Assembly (NCBI RefSeq): GCF_006345805.1
Contig: NC_042997.1
Span: forward strand, 7,192,001 to 7,256,000
Length of the DNA: 64,000 nucleotides
Source of the DNA: Octopus sinensis
Taxonomy: Eukaryota
Reading direction: 5' to 3'
The first letter of the stretch is position 1; each line of letters opens with the position of its first letter. Shown here one piece after another: positions 54,801 to 64,000 of this stretch. The position numbers were made by a program, and so were the translations under genes. The notes beneath the pieces were generated by a model. The model saw only the letters and a list, made by a program, of their open reading frames with translations, had not been told where the DNA came from and made no database searches.

Positions 54801-55683
54801 GCTACATCGGACATCCCAAACATACATATTGTAGACCACAGATCACAAGAGGTGGAGAGGTTTACCTATCTGGGCTCTACCGTCACCTACAACATATCCC
54901 TTGATGCTGAGCTCAATATACGCATTGGCAAGGCAGCTGCTGCGATGGCCCAACTCTCCAAACGGGCTTGGGACAACAATAAGCTGACCAAGACCACGAA
55001 AATGAAGATCTAACCGGCATGTGTACTTAGCACTCTACTGTATGGAAGTGAGACTTGGACGTTATATACACGCTAAGAGCATCGCCTATAAATATTTCAC
55101 CTGCGCTGCCTCCGCCAAATCCTCCGATTCAGATGGCAGAATCATATCTCCAACAAAGATGTCTTCAAGCAAGCAGGAATACCAAGCATGTTTGCACTCC
55201 TTACACAAAGACGTATGAGATGGCTTGGGCATGTTAGCCGTATGAAAGATGGCAGAATCCCCAAGGACATACTCTACGTAGAGCTTGCTAGGGGTACTAG
55301 GTCTGTGGGTAGACCGTTCTTACGTTACAAGGATGTTTGCAAAAGGGACATGAAGGCCTGCAACATCAATATTAGCGGCTGGGAGGCAGTTGCCGGCAAC
55401 CGTGGAGACTGGCGACGTACAGTAAAAGAGGGAATACAAAGGAGTGACAGAGAGAGAGAGGAGAAATGGAAAGACAAGAAAAGACGTCAACAAGAAACTA
55501 TGGCATTACAACCAGCTAGGAACAGTCTTCGCTACATTTGCGGTACCTGCCAGAGGGAGTGTTTGTCCAGGATAGGACTGCACAGCCACAGCAGGAAATG
55601 TATCAGGACATGAAATGTAAAAGCCGGACTAGACTACTTTATGCGCAACTCCATTGTCTCTCGAGACAAAAAGGATGCCATCA
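51871..55683 (+). mobile_element. Near full-length RTE-clade LINE, inactivated
   Basis: About 540-bp GC-richer 5'UTR, then APE endonuclease, RT, C-terminal zinc finger and a short 3'UTR ending gagacaaaaaggatgccatca. Flanked by (TA)n with a possible TSD atatatgtata (51859-51869 / 55684-55694; low complexity). Confidence 0.95.
52407..55613 (+). pseudogene. Disrupted EN-RT polyprotein ORF of the RTE LINE
   Basis: EN: LASWNVRTM, GLQETRL, SIYAPTL, FLGDFNACVG, DCDTDHSL. RT: KAPGKDGI, PESQCGFR, FIDLTKAF, QGCVLAPTLF, LLVDD (54672-54683), FTYLGS, YGSETW. C-terminus [21 protein letters not shown]. In-frame stops at 53032 and 54798 plus frameshifts. The ATG at 52407 is out of frame (inferred original start). 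Confidence 0.95.
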
Positions 55684-55860
<177 letters not shown>

Positions 55861-56649
55861 GTACAAATCAGTAGCAAACACAAAATAAATCTTATTCCGC
55901 CCCATACCCAATAACGGGATACTCTTTTTGTTTTAAAAAATGCGGATGCTGGCGTGCTTACGTCGCCGTAAACTAGCGGTTCAGGAAAAGAAACCGATCG
56001 GATAAATACCAGGCTTAAAATATATTATAAAAAAAAAAAATTAATTAGAACTACCAGTGAAATCATTCTTTTTCTTTTTCAAATATGCCTAACTGTACCA
56101 AGGATTTCACGCATCTTCCAATATATATGTATGTGTGTGCATGTGTGTGTGTGTGTGTGTGTGCGTGCGTGTGTGTGTGTATGTATGTGTGTGCGTGTGT
56201 GTGTTCAGTATTATGTTTAAATGTTAATTTATTTAAATTTTGCTGCCATGAGGATACCATACATAAAGTGATGAGTAACTGGAGCTTATTATTTCAAAAT
56301 GTGTATGATGTATGCGAGCTTTTGGGCGGGGGCTGATTTTAGAAGACAGGCACGATATAGGTCAGAATGTGCAGCAGTGAAATTTGAATTCAAGGTATTA
56401 TTGAATACATAATTTATCAATTTATTTGAGCTAACACTAACTGATGTCTTCTCCAAAAGACCTCTCCGAATTTGACAACTTGTTTCATGCCACGTTATAA
56501 TTTTTAAGATATGAGGTGAAATATAATGCTTTACAAAGTATTTACTTAGTTAGCAACATGTACATATCTGTTTTGTCTGCGTAAATTTGAACAGAGCTTC
56601 ACCTTTATTTTATCTTTGTACTTTAATGATCGTTTTTATATTGATTTCA

Positions 56650-56845
56650 AAATCTGGCACAAGACAAGCATTTTCCGGGATGTGGCTAAGTCGATTACAT
56701 CGACCTCAATGATCAAATGATATATACTTTATCAGTCCCAAAGTATCACAGGGAAAGTCGACCTCGACGGAACTTGAACTTAGAAAGTTAAGACATACGA
56801 AATGCTGCTATGCAATTCGTTCAGCATCTTAACGATTCTGCCATT
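56650..56845 (-). mobile_element. Diverged tRNA-derived SINE
   Basis: aagtcgattacatcgacc...aaagtcgacctcgacggaacttgaact...acgattctgcca...caccacc matches the 40548 family. Confidence 0.75.
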
Positions 56846-59524
56846 TCACCACCCAAATGACTACTAAGCTAATCTTAATATTAATATTATTAAATCAAAT
56901 TCAGCCAAGGGGAACTTTACCTACCATCATTTGGGGGTCGATATAATCGCTTTATGCTCTCCTGCTCTCCATAATAATTGTTGTTTATGTGCCAAAATTT
57001 GAAACCGATATCAGCATCATTAAGCATACTACGTAATTATCTTATTTACAAGGTAAACTGACTGTAATTTCGCTTTTGATTCTGGGAAAACCGCAAGCTT
57101 ACACTTGGATGTCTTAAATAATATTAAGTTTACCGGATAAACAATTTCAAATCATGTTTAGAAAACACGGAATCACCAAGAAAATCTAGACATAGAGAAA
57201 TAACGAAACACTGCAGTATGATATGCAATATTCGCAAATTTGTTATCGATTCAGTGAATGTTCGGATATCTAATATAATTTGGAAGAGGAAATAATTAAG
57301 AAATACAGATAAGAACCTGAGCGTAACTGGAGCATATTGTTGGAGATTTCCTGTGGGCATAACACATAGAAAACCAGATTTCATATCTTTACGAAGATGT
57401 AAGGATGTCCAATGTGCAATGTTACGTAACATCCTAGCTTATATACTTTAGCATTGTTCTTTGCCTGCCAGATATTACATATTTCTCCAGACCACACACA
57501 CTATACGAAATTTCTTTCATGCCATTATAAGCTGAATTATCTATCATCTTCACTAAATTCCATATATCATCTTCATCTCTATCATCCTATTTATCTGTTA
57601 TTCCATTGGTCCAATTCCGTTTCAGTTTGTCTATTTCTCTCTTCTTGTTAATCCAACTATTCAGATATCTGTCTGTGTGTCTATATGTCCACGCATCTGT
57701 TTAATCTTGCCTTTAATCCATGTATTTCTATGTTGCGATCTTTTTTCTCATTTTTCATTCGTTTTAATCTCATTTGTTATTCAACAGTCGCACTAATTTC
57801 GTTCCTTATTTTCCTTCCCACTTTATTTCCTGCCCCTATATTTCATGAGTGAAGTAGGAAGATAAATCCTAAAATAAACGTTGATGTAGTCACTACTCTC
57901 TATTCAGCGGACATCAGCATAATACACCAAATTCATAAAGCTTTCTGCATATTTCAGCAAAATTATGAGACATGTTCATATGATTGTGAAGAACTAGAAA
58001 GTGATTTATGGTTCTCACATAATACCAAATAATAAAAGATAAAAATGGGTTGTATTATATACACACGTGTTTCTCTATTGACTCATGCATATATCTATTT
58101 ACGTAAAGTATCTATAACCTTCGTTTACAAGCAATGTAAACTGGTAGCATATAGCCTTCAACATACTTTCGGGCCCACGACATTATGCGTAATAGAACAT
58201 CAAAGATGCAACCAGCAGATCTCTTATACTTATTTTAATCTCAACATATTGGTGTAATGTAATATATGTTTATGACAACGAGGTGACCTTTAAAAAATTG
58301 GAACCAATGAGCTTTCAAACAGGAACCAACTCGGTCAAAACACTTCACATGAGAAGTGAACAGTATACTCTTATACTGAATCTAGAATGGAACATATTGT
58401 TGAAGTACTTTATGTATATTTAACGTCTGTGCAGAAAGAGAACTCCTAGAGACAGTTACTTGTGATATTGTGTTGAAAAAAAAAATATACCGTGAAGTAT
58501 TGAGTTTGAAAAATATTAGCGCGGAAGAAAAGGTTTGAAGAATTGGAAACAATTTATGAAGTATAAAATAAGCGTCTCTATTGCATCAGTTAATAAACAA
58601 TTATTATAGAAATTCTGTTAATAAAAAATATAGAAAAATGTAGCAAGCACTATGACTTCACTTGTCATAACTGATGGAAAAACCGTCGTTTGTAGATGAA
58701 GACAAGCCACTCGTCTATACAACACAGAAAATAATTTTTTTGAACAAACTTTCTTTACCCACAGAAATCTTTCTGAAGGTAGGATTGTATATACTGTTCT
58801 CTAGGTAGGAAAATATTGCTTTTTGTGTAATTCCTTGAGAATTCAGAAACCTCATAATCATATTGTATTAATAACTACCTAAAGAAAGTGTGTATTACTT
58901 AAATTTGATCAGGAAATTAGCATTCCCTGATTATCCAATTCTATTTAAAGAAAAGTCACCAAAGTTTCCAAAGAATGTCCATATATTATGGCATTTAATA
59001 TCTAAAATAATGAAAATATGATTCTATATGTAAGATTAGATCATTTTATGAAAATAGATGGAAGTTGTTTAGGATCTGGTATAATGTATAACCAGATACT
59101 TTTCAGGTGATTAAGTATGTGTGTATAAGAAAACTTATAATACTTTTGGTACAATACATATTTGTAACACTCTCTCTCTCTCTGTTTTAATTTTTTCCTT
59201 TGGATTGAAAGGAAATCGCCTACGCATTATGTAGGAAATCTAAGTGACACTTTATTGATTTACCTCCCTGGAGCTCACAAAACAGGACCTATTTGTGCAG
59301 GATGCGTTCTCCAAATATTTTCGTATTCATGCTGCTGTCAATATTATCGTTTAATAATATAATCAATGAAATTCTTAGTAATTTAAGCGTCATGATCAAA
59401 GTACACATGCCATTTGTTATAATCATGACATGCTTTACGTTGGCCAAGGGCAATATACAACTGCTGAGTCAGTAGAATACGGGCCATTTAAATATAATAG
59501 TATGGAACCAAACTACAAATACAG

Positions 59525-59555
<31 letters not shown>

Positions 59556-59650
59556 AACGCACACACACCAAATTACGCACACATATATATGCATGTGTGT
59601 ATCCTTGTAATGTGTGTATGTATGTATATATATATATAAATGTATATATA

Positions 59651-59959
59651 TGCTAGCAGTATCACCCGGTGTTGTGAACATTTTTCCAGTTGAAATACAA
59701 TGAAAAATGGTGACAAAGCAGTCAAAAATCGTAAAAAATAGGCATTTTCATAGAAAAAAGCACCTTTTTGATGTAAATAATTTTTAGTGTTAACATGGTC
59801 TGATTTGAATTTTATCTTCTACAGAATGAAGAACAGGCCCTCTTCTATCATACTTACAATTTTGATCAACTTGCGCTGCAGAGTCTCGATGGGAATAGTG
59901 TTAGTTGAAGGCTACCAAACCTGCCACATACAGACAACTTCAGCTTTATATATAAAGAT
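59651..59959 (+). mobile_element. Non-autonomous Helitron-like element
   Basis: Starts tgctagcagtatcacccgg and ends cagacaacttcagctttatatataaagat, resembling the (t)actag..cccg start and tatatatagat end of Helitron-derived non-autonomous elements; no TIR or TSD. Confidence 0.5.
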
Positions 59960-60680
59960 TTGATACACACTACTTTCCATCCTTAATAATGAAACTTGGT
60001 AGATCCAAAAGTTAAACACACAGACACACACAGAGATACACACACAGACACACAAGTTGAGTTATATATATATATATACTTCTCAACGAGGATTTCAGGG
60101 AGTCCCCGGCTGATGTATCTTGATGATCATAAATCCGGCCTGCTAAAATTTGGTTAAAGTGATTCAAACTGCAGACTCAACGCAAAATCGTCACATTTAA
60201 TTCAAAGCGTTAACAATGTTATAAAAACAATTGGTATGTGTTCACAAAGTCCAAACGATTAATACGAAAAAACCCTCCAGTCTACATCACGAAAATTAAT
60301 TTCTTTGCCGAATTTCTACAATGTTTACGGCGATTCGTTTTTATATCTTCATTTTTTATTTTTCATGCAATTTACGCATGCTTACACGCTTGGTGAACAC
60401 AGTTCACGTCAAACAGCTGACTGAGTAAAGTTCACAATTCAATGCGTGGAACAAGGCCTAAACAAACACATTATCAATTTCAGCACTTGCGAGATGAATT
60501 TCGGAACAGAAATAGCTCAGTCCAATTTTTAATCGCCTGAACTTTAAGTGACCCATTTTTTGTCGTTCTACGATTTGTTGGCTAGGAGGAGGTTTGCCGG
60601 GAAGTTAAGCACACAGACACACACACATATACACACATAGTCACACAAGTTGAGTTATATATATATATATATATATAATA
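59960..60680 (+). mobile_element. Two further tandem Helitron-like 3' ends carrying (CA)n
   Basis: The block aagttaa(a/g)cacacagacacaca...cacaagttgagttatatata occurs at 60009-60078 and 60602-60678. Confidence 0.45.
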
Positions 60681-60886
60681 TGTGTGTGTGTATGCATATA
60701 TGCATGTGCAAGTGTGCTTGTGTTTGCGTTTGTGAGTTTCCCTGTGTGTGACAGCCTCTGAATGGCTCGACAATCCATAGAGCAAGTTTTCACTATTGTA
60801 AGGCTCGACGAGTGATGTTTGCAATTGTTTAGTTAACATTTGTTTTGACGAGACAACAGATATACACATAAGTGTATGTATATATT

Positions 60887-60959
<73 letters not shown>

Positions 60960-61002
60960 GTGTGTGTGTGTGTGTATGTATATATATATGTGTATGTACA
61001 TA

Positions 61003-61035
<33 letters not shown>

Positions 61036-62208
61036 CGTTACGAGGGGACCTCCGAAAACTGTACGGAATCCCTCAGACAGGCCCGATTCGATCAGAGAAT
61101 GTTCCCGCCACAGAAACTCGTCGGAGAGGAGAGGAGAGGCACAACAACAACAACCGCAGGAGCACAGAGAGATGCAGAGGCACAGAGGCAAGGCAAAACG
61201 GCAACACTGGCTTACATTCAACAACTAGTTTATATGACAATCAATGGTTACAACATCAAAGCATTTAAGGCAAACAACAAATCAATACATCATACGGTAT
61301 ACCACAGATCAAAGCATTTAACAACATGCATGTAACAATATAACAGTGTTCAGTAACGACACAAGTCCAGATCAAATAATGTCCACGATACGTCACAGTC
61401 CAATCAGAACACTTCGATACATTATACAATGTTCGTATCACAACAATTCACGTTACAATTCAAGAAGTCCTTTACTCAATTCACAATGTTCTTTATCGAC
61501 TACATCGACAGAGTCCTTCTTTTTCTCTCTTCTTTCTCTTCTTTTCTTTTACATCGTGACACGTATCAATACACAATCACATACCTTAATTCCTAACTGA
61601 ATCGCCAGTGTCCCATTCTGCACTCATCTCTCAATACTGCTAAATCCAGCCTGCCAAACTCCTGCATCCCAACTTGCTTGCTCCTAAGATTCCACCGCTT
61701 GCTCCTAAGATTCCACCGCTTGCTCCTAAGATTCCACCGCTTGCTCCTAAGATTCCACCTACTCGCTCTGACTTCCAGAATCCCACTGTCTTTCTTCGAC
61801 GACCGACTCCAACTGCCCAAAACCTCACTTCCCTGTCCTGACTTCCACTCCCTCATCTCCTTCTGTCTCTACCGCTTATAGTCTTTCTATCTGCTCTCTG
61901 ATTCCTTACTCTATCTCTATCGCCTCAATCTGTCCCTTAGCCTTATACTCTATCTCTCTCACTACTTTTCTTCTCTCTGCCCCTCATCATCTCTTACTGC
62001 CAATACCCTCTCCATCTGCTCTTAGATTCCCTACTCTATCTTTCTCACCACTTTCCTTCCTCTTCTTCTTCAAGGGGTGTTTAGAACGACCTCTAAATCA
62101 CCCGAAAGGGGTTGCAGAACCGATCAATCCACCTGAATCTGACAGGACAACGGGTTTATCCCAAAGTAGGTCACTGCCAACTGTCCTTAGACTGAACCAT
62201 TCATAGCA
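61036..62208 (-). mobile_element. Probable solo LTR (about 1.17 kb)
   Basis: Termini cgttacga...tcatagca form an imperfect TG..CA inverted repeat, flanked by atat on both sides within (TA)n. Non-coding, with strong purine/pyrimidine strand asymmetry. Orientation is a guess. Confidence 0.55.
61676..61759. repeat. Four perfect tandem copies of a 21-bp unit
   Basis: gcttgctcctaagattccacc x4 with no spacers. Confidence 0.97.
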
Positions 62209-62569
62209 ATATATATACTTGGCACTGATAGCTGTTATGTCTCCTTATTAACGACACAACTAAATATCTCTTATTCTAAGGGAAGATATTTCAAACTATT
62301 ACGTACGCATATGATTTGTAATTAATCACTCCTGTTCAGTTTTGGCTTTTCAACAATGATTACTATCAACATCGGTATCTCAACACACTATTATATTTCT
62401 CCGTTTGTTTTATTTGTTTCTTTTTCTTCTACTTCGTCATTATTGTCTCTTGCGTGTTCTCGTCTCCTATATCTTCTTTGCATTGTTTTTGTCGACTTCA
62501 TTTTTCTGTTCAGAATTTACGCCTTTCCAATCTCTCGTCAACATCACAAATTTTATCATCGTCACCGTC

Positions 62570-62692
62570 ATGATCATCATCATCATCGTCAAACGCTTTA
62601 TTATCATTGTCACAATAATAACGAAACAAATAATGATGATGACGATGATGATAAGGGTATTAGTTATTCTTATTAGTATTATTAGACTAATA

Positions 62693-62723
<31 letters not shown>

Positions 62724-62874
62724 CATAATTATTCTTATTCTTATAAATATCGACATTATTACTATTATTATATTATTATTATTATTATTATTATTGTTGT
62801 TGTTGTTGTTGTTGTTGTTTTTATTATTGTTATTATTATTATTATTATTATTATTGTTGTTGTTGTTTTTATTA

Positions 62875-62905
<31 letters not shown>

Positions 62906-63024
62906 CCATGGTAGTAGTAGAAATAATACCAGCAATAGTAGTAGCGGCATTGGCAGCAGTATTTTAATTTTTAATATTATTATTAGTAGTAGTAGCAATA
63001 GTAGTATTAGTAGTGGTGGTGGTG

Positions 63025-63055
<31 letters not shown>

Positions 63056-63056
63056 C

Positions 63057-63149
<93 letters not shown>

Positions 63150-63150
63150 T
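62570..63150. repeat. Compound trinucleotide arrays (CAT/GAT/TTA/TTG/TAG/TGG)
   Basis: Directly visible. Confidence 0.95.
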
Positions 63151-63489
63151 TGAAAGGAGCGATAATACGCACCAGAAATCGGTGACTATGCTGCTTTCTT
63201 TGAAGATTTAAATTTACATATAATCGTAACGGCAGGCGTGTATTATTAGTTTCGGTAATATTACAGTAATGTATTACTTCACTTATACTACTGTAATTTT
63301 AGACCAGCTAAATAACAGTTTCCTTTTGCCTTTGATCAATGATCTCTGCACTTCAATTTTATTACATTTTATCACTTTCTAATCAAAGTGTTGGCGTTTT
63401 CATTAATATAGATACGCTCACACAGTCACATAAATATACACACGTACACGCACTTTCACACTTAGATGCATAGAATACAGACACATGCA

Positions 63490-63499
63490 TTTATATACA

Positions 63500-63547
<48 letters not shown>

Positions 63548-63633
63548 ATAAGCATACATACTTACACACATGCATACGTATAATATATATATGCATACAT
63601 GTACATAGATGGGTATACATACTGTATACATCA

Positions 63634-63715
<82 letters not shown>

Positions 63716-63770
63716 CATACATACATGCATACGTACATACATACATATATACATATATACATACATACGG
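63490..63770. repeat. (TA)n/(TACA)n microsatellite
   Basis: Directly visible. Confidence 0.95.
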
Positions 63771-64000
63771 AGGCAGTTAGAAGGGTACACATATAAATAC
63801 ATAAGTTTGTTTTACATGCAAAAATTACATTTTTGTTTGTTCACGCAGAAAACCAGAAGGTAAAAAAAATCATTTCATGTTTTAGTAACCATATATATAA
63901 TATATTTATTTATAAAGAATGGTCCCTAGTTTACATTTGAGACTGATTTCATCAAAATTCACTGCCGAAACCCTTGAGTAAACCTGTGACATTTTCAAGT

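Noticed and set aside
61676-61759. Regular 21-bp repeats as a CRISPR-like array
   Set aside because: Contiguous identical units with no spacers, in a eukaryotic context.

Overview
AT-rich, microsatellite-dense eukaryotic DNA. The repeat families look cephalopod, most likely Octopus; this is recognition from memory, not a database result. I could not support any intact host protein-coding gene, tRNA, rRNA or CRISPR array, so the window reads as intergenic or deep-intronic sequence made mostly of transposon remnants. Best-supported element: a near full-length but inactivated RTE-clade LINE (51871-55683; APE endonuclease, RT, C-terminal zinc finger). Also present: a 5'-truncated second RTE-type LINE abutting a Gypsy integrase/3'LTR remnant, a stack of R4/Dong-like REL-endonuclease fragments separated by (TAA)n, several Penelope-like fragments (two pairs inverted), mariner and hAT fossils, an ORF1-only Tx1-like element followed by a second 5' end, a probable solo LTR, Helitron-like elements, a 286-bp foldback and many tRNA-derived SINEs. 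Most long ORFs in the supplied track are microsatellite artefacts. All translations and alignments were done by eye, and boundaries of old elements are approximate.
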